Shown here: piece after piece, positions 18,665 through 28,197 of the stretch | Numbering within the stretch: position 1 is the stretch's first letter | How the letters are laid out: each line of letters opens with the position of its first letter | Virus record (IMG/VR): IMGVR_UViG_3300050014_001197 | Span: 64,001-128,000 of that record | Strand: one strand, 5' to 3' | From: a virus | Length of the DNA: 64,000 nt | Program-made: the position numbers and the translations under genes | Notes under the pieces: model-generated | What the model saw: the letters and a program-made list of their open reading frames with translations, nothing else | Told to the model about the DNA's origin: nothing | Database searches by the model: none

Positions 18665-19423
18665 ATGAATACACGTGATGAATTAAGAAAAGCTTTCGAG
18701 ACCTTAAAAAGCAAAGGAGAAATTGTAACTTCAGAAAAATGGCAAGCTACCACTCCTCCTGACGCTCTTTTTGAAATCATTAATTATAATTTCAAAATTA
18801 CTAAAATGCCAGAAAGCCAGGATGAACTCAAAAGAGAAACAAAATGCGATTATCCTTGGTCTGAAGATCATTTTCAAGAAAGGATTGCTGGGGAACCAAC
18901 AAATCCTGGAGTTGAATATCTAAATTGGCCTTATTATACTCCAGAAAAACATGATGGGGTTTTCCGAGCTGAAGGGGAACACTTTTTCTCTCATACTTAT
19001 CAAGAAAGATTTTGGCCAGATAAAACTCTCAAAGGAACTGGCAAAATGGGATATAACTTTGGGGATTTTAATGATTTAATTACAAGATTAAAAAATGATC
19101 CAGGGGGGAGACAGGCTTTTTATGCTATTTGGCATCCTCAAGATTCTGCAGAAAATGGGGTTCGCCTACCCTGTACAATTGGTTATCATTTTTTAATACG
19201 ACGAGGAAAATTGAATATGACTTATCTTATTCGAAGTTGCGATATTCGTCGTCATTTTAAAAATGATATGTATATGAGTATTAGACTTGGCCAATATGTT
19301 AGGGATCAGGTTGATAAAGAGCTTAAAATGGGGGAATTCTTTTGCTGGCTTGGAAGTCTCCATTGCTGGGATGGTGAAAAACTAATGTTAGACTCAGATA
19401 TACAAAAATTCGATACTTTTTAA
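18665..19423 (+). CDS. Thymidylate synthase (ThyA)-family pyrimidine methylase/hydroxymethylase homologue
   Basis: GRQAFYAIWHPQD matches R-R-x-I-x-S-A-W-N-P-x-D, and LPCTIGYHFLIRRGKLNMTYLIRSCDIRR matches L-P-P-C-H...K-L-S-C-Q-L-Y-Q-R-S. The active-site His and Asn neighbourhood diverges (PCT instead of PCH). Confidence 0.6.
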   Translation: MNTRDELRKAFETLKSKGEIVTSEKWQATTPPDALFEIINYNFKITKMPESQDELKRETKCDYPWSEDHFQERIAGEPTNPGVEYLNWPYYTPEKHDGVFRAEGEHFFSHTYQERFWPDKTLKGTGKMGYNFGDFNDLITRLKNDPGGRQAFYAIWHPQDSAENGVRLPCTIGYHFLIRRGKLNMTYLIRSCDIRRHFKNDMYMSIRLGQYVRDQVDKELKMGEFFCWLGSLHCWDGEKLMLDSDIQKFDTF

Positions 19424-19424
19424 T

Positions 19425-19682
19425 ATGAGTAGAGTTAAATATGAAAATTTTGAAAAAGGGGAAACTCGAGAGCAAAAGGCCTTTGAGGTAAAACTTGGGA
19501 AAATTATTTTGGTAGAAGATATAACTCTCGGTGGATATACTGCTTTTTTTAAACCAGATTATGGAATTATTAGCCAGGGAGAAACAAAAGAAACAGCAAT
19601 AATTAATCTTTTGGATACTTTTAATACAACCCTAATAACAGATAACATAAAATTAAATATAAAGAAAATTTTGCCAAAATGA
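19425..19682 (+). CDS. Hypothetical protein
   Basis: ORF. Confidence 0.3.
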   Translation: MSRVKYENFEKGETREQKAFEVKLGKIILVEDITLGGYTAFFKPDYGIISQGETKETAIINLLDTFNTTLITDNIKLNIKKILPK

Positions 19683-20362
19683 CAGCACAATACGGAACAA
19701 AGGATTTAATGAGAATCCTGGATATTCAGAAAAAATCCGATGGGGATCTTTATGAAGCTTTTAAATTAGCTGTTCGAATGGCCGGCGAAATAGAAGAACC
19801 AGGTAAAGCTTTAGCTCGAGGATATGCATCCATAGAAGTTTATAAGAGTCTTTATTCTCCTATTGCAGGAGTATTTTTTACAAGAGCTTGCGATTTAAGT
19901 GGGGAAAATGATATTCGAAATATTCGAATAATGGCATCAATGAATTCTGTAGGAGATGATGAAGAAGCTATTGAAGTCGCATTTAGCAGAATTCCTATTG
20001 AAAAACAACCTGCAAGTCGAAGACCAGTAGAAGCTCGTGATACAGCATATAATTCTAATAAAATAGGGTATTCTAGTATTACTTCTTTAGCTAAAATCAA
20101 TGTTGTAAAAGGAACAGGTCCAGGATTTGACTTAAAAATTATGAAAAACGGAACTGTAGAAGTTTGGAAAAATCCCGAGCAAAAAATTCGTCTTATTTAT
20201 ACTGGTAGTTCAGTTCCTCTTTCGGGAATACATGATCAGAAAGATTTCAAATTTGATGGAAAAAGAGAAACCTGGACAATGGTTGATTATATAGAGGTTT
20301 ATAATATGATGAATTTACAACCTTTATATGGTACGTCTATAACAGGATTTATGTACAATTAA
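19679..20362 (+). CDS. Hypothetical protein, paralogue of 42914..43732
   Basis: Shared N-terminal G-x-K-D-L-x-R, EPGKALARGYASIEVY vs DPGKAQARAEAAIEVF, and a shared C-terminal beta-rich segment. Confidence 0.4.
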   Translation: MTAQYGTKDLMRILDIQKKSDGDLYEAFKLAVRMAGEIEEPGKALARGYASIEVYKSLYSPIAGVFFTRACDLSGENDIRNIRIMASMNSVGDDEEAIEVAFSRIPIEKQPASRRPVEARDTAYNSNKIGYSSITSLAKINVVKGTGPGFDLKIMKNGTVEVWKNPEQKIRLIYTGSSVPLSGIHDQKDFKFDGKRETWTMVDYIEVYNMMNLQPLYGTSITGFMYN

Positions 20363-20372
20363 TAACTAAATA

Positions 20373-21500
20373 ATGGCTGAACCAAAACATTTAAATTTAA
20401 TTCCGATTGATCATATAGTTCAATCAAGACCTAATATTCCAAGCGATTATCATTGTACTTGTCCATATTGCCAAAATTTTATGGGAGAGATTTATAATGT
20501 TGAAAATGACAAATATTATAGCAACCGTATTCGTAGAGGATATTATATTGATCAAGCTGGGGATCATTTAGATGCTGGTCATATTATTGGATATAAATGG
20601 GCTGTTCAGAATCTTTGCCCAAAAGGGGGATTTGTTTTTGATCCAACCGTAGGGACTGGAACAGCTATTATTGAAGCTATTCTTAATGGAAGAAATGGAA
20701 TTGGAATAGAACTTGAATATCCTGAGGTTGCTCAAAAGAATATTGATAATCAATGGAATTTAAATCGTGTTCCACCTGGGGTAACCTCTTATTTTCGTCA
20801 AGGAGATGCTACGAAACTTGATGAATATTTCAAGGAATGGGGATTCAAAGAACCTTTCTTAGATCTTATCATTAATGGAACTCCTTATCCGAAAATTTCA
20901 GGTAAAAGCTCTGATGCACCAGAAAGAAAAAATCTTGCCACAAAAGTAGATAAGAGTTTTGATTACATGCATGAAGATAATATAGGCTTGACCAAGGGAA
21001 ATGCCTATCATGATCTTGTGAAAACTATGTATACAAAAGCCATTAGATTTCTTAAACCTGGTGGATATTTTGTTATCATTATAAAAGATCTTGTTCAGAA
21101 TAAAGAACCCTATCTTTTACATAAAGAAATTATAGATATTGTTATAGAAAATAATCCGGATATGGTTCCATATGGATTCTTTCTTCATAAGCATATTCCC
21201 ACAACTATGTTCATTAATACTTATCTTAAGAGATTTCCCGGGATTCAGATTCCTCTTTATCAAGCAGGAATCGTTTTAAGAAAGAGAGGAAATTTTTTAG
21301 ATCCTGGATATCCTGTTGAATATCCCAAGGTTATAAGAGAAATTAATCCTTTAGATAAAAAAATTAATCCTATAAAAAAATCAGTTCCGATTGCCGAATT
21401 ACATGATCTTGGATATCAAGCAGGATTAAGGGAGGGTTATAATGAAGCCATAAAGGATTTTATGGAATTTTTAAAAAAAACCAAAAAGTGGAATTATTAA
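20373..21500 (+). CDS. ParB-N-domain / DNA (N6-adenine or N4-cytosine) methyltransferase fusion
   Basis: LNLIPIDHIVQSRPN (ParB/Srx-like), FVFDPTVGTGTA (motif I) and a downstream NGTPYP (DPPY-like motif IV). Confidence 0.55.
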   Translation: MAEPKHLNLIPIDHIVQSRPNIPSDYHCTCPYCQNFMGEIYNVENDKYYSNRIRRGYYIDQAGDHLDAGHIIGYKWAVQNLCPKGGFVFDPTVGTGTAIIEAILNGRNGIGIELEYPEVAQKNIDNQWNLNRVPPGVTSYFRQGDATKLDEYFKEWGFKEPFLDLIINGTPYPKISGKSSDAPERKNLATKVDKSFDYMHEDNIGLTKGNAYHDLVKTMYTKAIRFLKPGGYFVIIIKDLVQNKEPYLLHKEIIDIVIENNPDMVPYGFFLHKHIPTTMFINTYLKRFPGIQIPLYQAGIVLRKRGNFLDPGYPVEYPKVIREINPLDKKINPIKKSVPIAELHDLGYQAGLREGYNEAIKDFMEFLKKTKKWNY

Positions 21501-21511
21501 AATAAATCAAA

Positions 21512-21844
21512 ATGGAAAAAGAAAGGATTGAACAATCTCTTCTGAAAATGGGATACAGGGAACTCAAACAAGGAATTTGGGCTAAACCTGTTGCATTCCA
21601 TTTATTTTTATTTGAGATGGATAAAATGTTATGGACTAATTTCTTCAGAGGAACAGAAAATACAATGTGTATTTGGAATACCGAAACTTATAAAGAAGAT
21701 GATTATAAGATAAAAGATAGTAATATTTCTGCTTTCTTATCGTTTTTAAAATATACAGAACAATATACGAGAATTGACACAAGAAATGTAGATTCGGAAT
21801 TTGAGTTTTTTACGGAAAAAGAAATATATAAACAACTTTTATAA
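21512..21844 (+). CDS. Hypothetical protein
   Basis: ORF. Confidence 0.3.
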   Translation: MEKERIEQSLLKMGYRELKQGIWAKPVAFHLFLFEMDKMLWTNFFRGTENTMCIWNTETYKEDDYKIKDSNISAFLSFLKYTEQYTRIDTRNVDSEFEFFTEKEIYKQLL

Positions 21845-21845
21845 T

Positions 21846-23204
21846 ATGTGTGGGATTATTATAAGTCCGGACAGAAACAAAATTGATTCGATAAAGCATC
21901 GAGGAATACAATTTACATCTATAGAAAAAGATGGATGGGTTTATGGTCATCATAGACTTCCTATTCAAACTCTCAAAGAAGATAAATGGTTTCAACCAAT
22001 TAATTTGCATGATGGATTTCTTCTTTTTAATGGGGAGATTTTTAACTGTAATGAAATCACTGGAGAGGAATGGGAAAATGATTCCCAATATCTTCAAGAT
22101 TTTTTCGATAATGACGAACCAATAGAAAAGAAGCTCAAAGAAATAAACAAATGGGATGGATTCTGGAGTATCGTTATCGTTAGAAAAAATAAAGTTATTA
22201 TCTTTACAGATCCTCTTGGTAAAAAACAGCTTTATATTAATAAGATAACTGGAGAAGTATCCAGCGAAGTTAAGGGATTAAGCAATTCCAAAATCATTGA
22301 TCCCATTTTCATAAGCATCGTCAATAAATGGGGATACAATACAGATAATAGAACTCTTTATGAAGATGTTCAGAGAATAATGCCTAACAGCATTTATATT
22401 TGGGAAAAAGGAAGAAATATAGCACCTCGAATTATCGAAAATTATTTTGATTGGAATAGCAATGTACCTCTTGATTCCATTCATGATCTTATTGAAAAAT
22501 CTGTTCAAAGAAGATTACTTACTAAAAAATATAAAGTATCTACATTATTTTCAGCAGGATTAGATAGTATGATTATTCTTTATTTCTTAAAGAAATTTGG
22601 AGCAGATGTCAATATCTATTCTATCAATAATGCTGAAGACGGAGTGTTTGTTCAATCAATCCAGAATAAATGGGGGTTAGATATAAATTATCTTGATGTT
22701 AAACCCGAAGAACTTTCATTAGTTGAAAAAATGAGAATTTATGATATAAATGATTCGATGATCGACCTTGGATCAGTAATTCCTCAATATTATCTTTTCA
22801 AAGACATTAAAGATAAAATTGTTTTAACTGGCGATGGAGCAGATGAGCTCTTTGGGGGATATAGAAGAATAAGTGAATATGATTCTCAAAAGAGTGATGT
22901 ATTCCAAGAACTTCCTTTCTATCATATGATTAGAATCGATCGTATGAGTATGAATTTTACAATTGAATGCAGGAATCCATTTTTAGGACACGATGTTGTA
23001 AGAGCAGCTTTACAATTGCCCTATTCGGAAAGAACTCATAAAAAGATTCTTAAAGATGAATTCAAAGGATTAATTCCGGATGAAATAATTGAAAGAAAGA
23101 AAAATCCTTTAAAAATCAGTCAGATACGAGAAAATGAAACAAAATATAGAAGAGAATTAATCGAAAATTATATTAATTGGAAAAAAATAAATGGAAGCAA
23201 ATAA
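21846..23204 (+). CDS. Asparagine synthetase (AsnB)-like glutamine amidotransferase
   Basis: The N-terminal MCGI (Cys2 Ntn nucleophile) sets the start at 21846, although the ORF opens at 21801. The PP-loop SAGLDSMII matches S-G-G-L-D-S. Confidence 0.6.
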   Translation: MCGIIISPDRNKIDSIKHRGIQFTSIEKDGWVYGHHRLPIQTLKEDKWFQPINLHDGFLLFNGEIFNCNEITGEEWENDSQYLQDFFDNDEPIEKKLKEINKWDGFWSIVIVRKNKVIIFTDPLGKKQLYINKITGEVSSEVKGLSNSKIIDPIFISIVNKWGYNTDNRTLYEDVQRIMPNSIYIWEKGRNIAPRIIENYFDWNSNVPLDSIHDLIEKSVQRRLLTKKYKVSTLFSAGLDSMIILYFLKKFGADVNIYSINNAEDGVFVQSIQNKWGLDINYLDVKPEELSLVEKMRIYDINDSMIDLGSVIPQYYLFKDIKDKIVLTGDGADELFGGYRRISEYDSQKSDVFQELPFYHMIRIDRMSMNFTIECRNPFLGHDVVRAALQLPYSERTHKKILKDEFKGLIPDEIIERKKNPLKISQIRENETKYRRELIENYINWKKINGSK

Positions 23205-23634
23205 AAATTCTATTATGTCTTTTGAAGATCGGTTGCAAAGAGGAATGGAAGCTACTGATCATACAAAAAAGTATTTTGAAGAAAAAGGATATAAATGTGA
23301 AAATGTTATCTCTCCTGTTCTTTGGATAGTTGCTAAATGGCATGGCAACATTCTAGCAACTGTAGATTTAATTTTAGGAGATCTTATTCTTGATGATCGG
23401 ATTTTAATTGATGTGAAAAAAAATTACATATCTTTAAAATCTATTCAAAAATTTCAAGGAGATTATTTTTTTATTTGGAATTCTTCATTACAGGAATGTC
23501 TTATTTTTGAACCTATATACTTGAGATTACTAGAAATAAATTTCCCTGTTACTTTACCTTCTGGAGATCCTGGTCTTTCCTTTGAACAATTAACTAAATT
23601 AGAATATAAAAGAATTGAGGATTTTAAACTTTAA
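23191..23634 (+). CDS. Hypothetical protein (possible PD-(D/E)xK-like nuclease fold: VDLILGD...IDVKK)
   Basis: Weak motif only. Confidence 0.25.
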   Translation: MEANKNSIMSFEDRLQRGMEATDHTKKYFEEKGYKCENVISPVLWIVAKWHGNILATVDLILGDLILDDRILIDVKKNYISLKSIQKFQGDYFFIWNSSLQECLIFEPIYLRLLEINFPVTLPSGDPGLSFEQLTKLEYKRIEDFKL

Positions 23635-23637
23635 AAA

Positions 23638-24192
23638 ATGAAAGAATTAACTCAAGCTGAAATAACCACAAAATGGGGTCCTATGCTAGAACAACTAGGA
23701 ATTCGCCGGATGTATATTGATAAGGTAAGCCAATATGCTCACCATCATGCTACATTAGATACCCTAGCTCTTCCAATAAAAGGGGATCCTTTAAGAATTA
23801 ATAGCGTTCAAGAAATTGATTTGGGTAAAGTTGAAACATCTACTTTGCCTATAGCTATCAATATTTTAAAAAATATCAGTGATTTATCAAAAGTAAGATT
23901 TATCAAGAAAGATGATCCGGATTATTTCAAAATCGTAGCTCATGAATTCATTTTGCCAGTAACACAAGACGATATATTTAAGTTGAAATATAATTCTTCA
24001 CCTATAATTTATCTTGAAGATTCTCTAGTTAAAAAAGCTGCAGATGATTTTAATGCAATGATTTCTTCTGATTGGTATATTACTTTTTATTTAGTAGTTC
24101 AATCAATTGGAGTAATATCTTTGGGAATACAGCCCCCTCAAATATTTTTAAAATCCGAATACTTTTTCGAAAAAGAACCATCTCAGATTTAA
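23638..24192 (+). CDS. Hypothetical protein
   Basis: ORF. Confidence 0.3.
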   Translation: MKELTQAEITTKWGPMLEQLGIRRMYIDKVSQYAHHHATLDTLALPIKGDPLRINSVQEIDLGKVETSTLPIAINILKNISDLSKVRFIKKDDPDYFKIVAHEFILPVTQDDIFKLKYNSSPIIYLEDSLVKKAADDFNAMISSDWYITFYLVVQSIGVISLGIQPPQIFLKSEYFFEKEPSQI

Positions 24193-24234
24193 AACTTCGT
24201 TAAAAATTTTACATATAATATAAAAATTAGGATC

Positions 24235-24612
24235 ATGGACATAATAAAGGATTGGACAAATAAGGAAGTTAAGATAACAGATATTCGCAAACTTTCTGAA
24301 TTTTACATATTTACAATAGATACTGGAGAAGTTGGTCCTCTTCTTGTCAAGAGTAATATTTTTGAAGAAAGATTAAAAACATATTTTCTTAAAGAAGCTC
24401 ATAGGGTTACAAGAGAAGAAATCTTAGGGGTAAGATGGAATATGTATATTACAAGAGGACGTTATATTAAAATTCAATCTCCCGAAGCTTTTCAAATTTT
24501 TGAAATGGATCCAAATAAGTATTACGTTTCTTATTTGGAAATTTCCGGTCCTCTAGGAACAATTGTTTCAGTATATAAAGATAAAGATAGAGATAAAAAA
24601 ATTGTAAATTAA
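24235..24612 (+). CDS. Hypothetical protein
   Basis: ORF. Confidence 0.3.
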   Translation: MDIIKDWTNKEVKITDIRKLSEFYIFTIDTGEVGPLLVKSNIFEERLKTYFLKEAHRVTREEILGVRWNMYITRGRYIKIQSPEAFQIFEMDPNKYYVSYLEISGPLGTIVSVYKDKDRDKKIVN

Positions 24613-24622
24613 ACTAAATAAT

Positions 24623-24916
24623 ATGAACATAAGAGATCAAAGAGCTGCACAACTTGATGGAGCAGCACAAGACAGAATTCAGATGAAGGTAACTTCTGAT
24701 ATGATTAGAAACTCTAAATCAATAACATGTGAATGCGGAGGAATGCTTTTTCAAGAAAAGATTTTCTTTAAAATTCTTTCTGCCCTAATTTCTCCAAGTG
24801 GAAAAGAAGAAACAATTCCTATGCCGGTTTTTGTTTGTACAAACTGTGGAAAAGTTCCTAGTATTTTCGATGCACAGAATATTTTACCCGAAGAAATACG
24901 GGCAAAATCACTTTAA
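24623..24916 (+). CDS. Small zinc-ribbon protein
   Basis: CxC...CxxC (TCECGG...CTNCGK). Confidence 0.35.
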   Translation: MNIRDQRAAQLDGAAQDRIQMKVTSDMIRNSKSITCECGGMLFQEKIFFKILSALISPSGKEETIPMPVFVCTNCGKVPSIFDAQNILPEEIRAKSL

Positions 24917-25107
24917 TAATCTAGTCTGTAAGTTTCAGAATCGAAGGCTTAATTTTCATTAGTAGGTATGCGGACTAAGGATGAGAAGGATACCGCCGGA
25001 TAAGCAAAGAGTAAAGAGTAAACCGTAATATAAATCTCCGATGGTATGCTTATGGTAAAGACGCTTAAAAATCCTAAAGCGCTAACGTGTCAACAGTTGC
25101 TGAAACA
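24917..25107 (+). ncRNA. Possible small structured RNA (GC-richer intergenic element ending in a terminator)
   Basis: ~190 nt with no ORF and locally elevated GC (e.g. ggtatgcggactaaggatgagaaggataccgccggataagc), ending in an intrinsic terminator. No tRNA T-arm or anticodon-arm pattern found. Confidence 0.2.
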
Positions 25108-25130
25108 GGGTAGGGCTTCGGCCCTTTTTG
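25108..25130 (+). terminator. Rho-independent terminator
   Basis: GGGC-TTCG-GCCC hairpin followed by TTTTTG. Confidence 0.7.
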
Positions 25131-25162
25131 TTAAAATTTATTAACTTTAAATATTTAAAAAC

Positions 25163-25372
25163 ATGGATGAAAAAAATTATTACAAAGCCCAAATCAAAGA
25201 GGATTTTGAAGATGCAAAAGGAAGACTTAAAAAAAGATCCGAATCCTATATTGTTGAAGCAATAAGCCCAACTGATGTTGAAGCAAAAATTGCTAAGCAT
25301 ATGGAAGGAAGTGTTACAGACTATACCATTTCTTCAATTGTTGTCACAAATATTGTTGACATTTTAAGATAA
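25163..25372 (+). CDS. Hypothetical small protein
   Basis: ORF. Confidence 0.3.
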   Translation: MDEKNYYKAQIKEDFEDAKGRLKKRSESYIVEAISPTDVEAKIAKHMEGSVTDYTISSIVVTNIVDILR

Positions 25373-25435
25373 TTTTCAGGGCCCTATTAATTTTAGTTGG
25401 ATAAATAATATAATCCAACTAAAATTAATATAATT

Positions 25436-25801
25436 ATGAGTGTAATAAAATATGACAGATCGAAATTTGTTTTTTCAGAAACATTTAATAACGCAACTGG
25501 AAAAACTTCTGGATCTGGATTTATAGGGGTAATACTTGGAATAATTGCTGGTGCTGGAATGATAGCAGGAACAGTAGGATATTTTTGCGAAGTTCCGAAT
25601 ACTCTAGAATATCTTGGAGTAATTTTAAAATTGGTTTTAGCTTCAACAATATTACTTGGGGTAAGAAGATTATCTGGAGATATTAATAGCAAAAGTATAG
25701 CAGATGCTGATGCAACTGTAACAGAGACAGTTATAAAAGCTGAAATTACAGAAGTAAAAGCAGTAGATATTGCAGAAGAAAAAGATGAAAATAAAGAGTA
25801 A
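25436..25801 (+). CDS. Small membrane protein with two TM helices (holin-like topology)
   Basis: GFIGVILGIIAGAGMIAGTVGYF and LGVILKLVLASTILLGV. Preferred over the antisense ORF 25393..25809 because neighbouring genes are all on the + strand. Confidence 0.35.
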   Translation: MSVIKYDRSKFVFSETFNNATGKTSGSGFIGVILGIIAGAGMIAGTVGYFCEVPNTLEYLGVILKLVLASTILLGVRRLSGDINSKSIADADATVTETVIKAEITEVKAVDIAEEKDENKE

Positions 25802-26130
25802 TGCCTCACATATATGATTTTTCTAAATTAATTATTGTCCAAGAAATGGGGGTACATCCCAAGGGATGGGTTGAACCTCTTTTTGTAGAATATGGAATGG
25901 GGATTCACGGAACAATCCCTTCGTATTTTTGGAGGGTTAAAGGAACAAAGCATACATTTGTTATTCCGGTAATGAGGATGAATTTTTTAAGCTCGGGCAA
26001 TTATGAAATGCATTTTAATGAAGCTCTTGAATCTTTTCGGGAGGATTATGTCGACTGGTCAAAACAAGGATGGAACACCGAATGGAGTGAAGAGTACAGA
26101 AATGACTTCTCAAAGTATATCTCCTTATAA
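25801..26130 (+). CDS. Hypothetical protein
   Basis: ORF. Confidence 0.3.
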   Translation: MPHIYDFSKLIIVQEMGVHPKGWVEPLFVEYGMGIHGTIPSYFWRVKGTKHTFVIPVMRMNFLSSGNYEMHFNEALESFREDYVDWSKQGWNTEWSEEYRNDFSKYISL

Positions 26131-26364
26131 GATAAAGGTGAAAGAAGTTAAAATAAAAAAAATAGAAATCAAAAATTAAGATGAATATAATTTGCAAAAT
26201 TTTTGGTCATAAATGGGATGAAACAGATAAATACGAGCAAGATTGTAAGAGAAAACATTGTATTGCTTTTAGAACATTGTTTGAAAAACCCTATCCAAAA
26301 ATCGGAGAGTCTAAATATGATTGGGAAATAATTGATTTCAATAAAAAGTTAAAACTAAAATAAA

Positions 26365-27138
26365 ATGGCAGAGAATATAAGATACTTCCAATATTTAGCT
26401 GGACCCCGTAATGGTGATGTAGTAATATTTGATAAAATTGAAGAAGAAGATGGAATAATTTTTATATGTTTTAGAGATGGTTCTAGATGTAACGAACAAT
26501 TGATTATTCCGCTAAATAGTACTAATTATACCAGCGAATTAATGGCTGAAGTTGATAGTCCTTCTAATCTTTGGTCTATAAAGGAAGAATGGGTTGGAAG
26601 GCAAGAAGAAAAATGGGTATGGCAAGATGAAAGTAATCATGGTGAGAATAAAGTTTGTGTTCAACCCTTTGAACCGGGAAAACGAAAACTTACTCCTGTT
26701 CCTCCAAGACCGACAAAATCAAAATTTGGTCAAATAAATATGTTTAACACGATTCCCCCTCAATCTAATGCTTCATCTGTCTCCGATACAAAAACTCAGC
26801 AGCAAGCATCTGGCAAGGTAGAGACAAGTAATTCTGGGGACCCTGTCTGGATAATGTGCGAAAAAGCGAAAAAGTTTGATCAATATATTGAGATGACTCT
26901 AGAAATCTCTCTCCCTAAGCAATCATTATATAATGTTGCAAAGGAAAGCTTCGAAGATGGAGGGACAAAAGTTATTGAATATATAATTCACAGCTTAGAT
27001 GATAAACTATTAAAGGAAAGTTTAAAACGAGCTCTTTTAGAAGCTTATGATCCTAGTTGGAAGGATCCAAATTCAGATCTTCCTTATGAAGTTGAAGCAC
27101 CGGTAATAGGGGAATCTCAAATAGTGAAAGAAAAATAA
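26365..27138 (+). CDS. Hypothetical protein
   Basis: ORF. Confidence 0.3.
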   Translation: MAENIRYFQYLAGPRNGDVVIFDKIEEEDGIIFICFRDGSRCNEQLIIPLNSTNYTSELMAEVDSPSNLWSIKEEWVGRQEEKWVWQDESNHGENKVCVQPFEPGKRKLTPVPPRPTKSKFGQINMFNTIPPQSNASSVSDTKTQQQASGKVETSNSGDPVWIMCEKAKKFDQYIEMTLEISLPKQSLYNVAKESFEDGGTKVIEYIIHSLDDKLLKESLKRALLEAYDPSWKDPNSDLPYEVEAPVIGESQIVKEK

Positions 27139-27147
27139 ATTTTTATA

Positions 27148-27681
27148 ATGGAAGAAGAACCTAAAAAGAAACTTATTGTTCAAGGAGAATATGAAGATGT
27201 CTTTGAAATAGATGGCCATTATTATCTCCAAGATAAAAAAGATAAAGTTGCAGTAATTCCTTTTACAATATCTTCTGAAGGATTAATTGATAAGATCGGA
27301 GTTGTACAAGACTGGAATTATATAGAGGAAGAAGAAGTTTTAACTCTTCTTAATGATTATGTTTCTTCTGATGATTCAACGGATCTAGTTGCTGCTAATA
27401 GAGTTCTTTTTGAAACTACAAAAATCAATGTTAAAGCTGCAAAAGATTGGATGTATCTTGGTGCTGTTTATAGTAATCTAACCTCGGATTCCCCTATTAA
27501 ACTTTATGCAGTTGATATAAGTAATTTAAGAATTCAGGAAGAAGCTGAAGTAACCCCCCAGAAGAAAAAATTTAAATTAATGGATGCTTCTTCAGTTATT
27601 AGAACTGATGAAATCCTTTTCTTGGCAGCGTATTTTAGGTTGTTCAACGTTTTCTACGTAAAAAGTCTTAGCAAAAAATGA
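27148..27681 (+). CDS. Hypothetical protein
   Basis: ORF. Confidence 0.3.
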   Translation: MEEEPKKKLIVQGEYEDVFEIDGHYYLQDKKDKVAVIPFTISSEGLIDKIGVVQDWNYIEEEEVLTLLNDYVSSDDSTDLVAANRVLFETTKINVKAAKDWMYLGAVYSNLTSDSPIKLYAVDISNLRIQEEAEVTPQKKKFKLMDASSVIRTDEILFLAAYFRLFNVFYVKSLSKK

Positions 27682-27913
27682 AAAAGGAAAATCTAAATGA
27701 ACCACCAGTTGCAGGCTATATTGCGTATTATCTAAAATCTGGAGTTCCAATTAAAGAAGGGGAAATAACAAAATTACCTTTAACTATAAGTTCAAAAATA
27801 ATTCCATCTAAATTAAAAAAGAAATTTTTAGAAACATTTAATCAAGATGGAAAAGGTAATATTCCATCTGAAGAAGAATTAAAATATTTTTTAAATCTTA
27901 ATACATAAATTCT

Positions 27914-28195
27914 ATGAACAGACGCGAAAGAAAAGCCATGGAAAAAAAACTTGGTCTTGTTAAATACAGAAAATCATTACCCTTGAATCAGCGATTCGAA
28001 ATGATACGACAAAATATCATTGAAGGTAAAAAAATGCAAAACAAACTCAAAGAAGATATAAGAGTTAAAGATAATGCTAAAGTTGATGCTGAAATAAATC
28101 AAAAAGTAGCAGACAGAGCATTGGATTTAATGATGAAGGAGGATATGGATTATTACTCAGCTACGGAACTTGCGAAAAAGGAGTTTTCTAAATAA
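27914..28195 (+). CDS. Hypothetical protein
   Basis: ORF. Confidence 0.3.
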   Translation: MNRRERKAMEKKLGLVKYRKSLPLNQRFEMIRQNIIEGKKMQNKLKEDIRVKDNAKVDAEINQKVADRALDLMMKEDMDYYSATELAKKEFSK

Positions 28196-28197
28196 TC

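Noticed and set aside
24917-25107. A tRNA or tmRNA gene in the long GC-richer spacer.
   Set aside because: No acceptor-stem pairing with a T-arm GTTCRANYC-like element on either strand. Kept only as a low-confidence ncRNA candidate.
25393-25809. 138-aa minus-strand ORF overlapping the + strand membrane-protein ORF.
   Set aside because: Antisense shadow of 25436..25801 (low-complexity Ser/Ala/Ile-rich translation). All flanking genes are + strand and tightly coupled.
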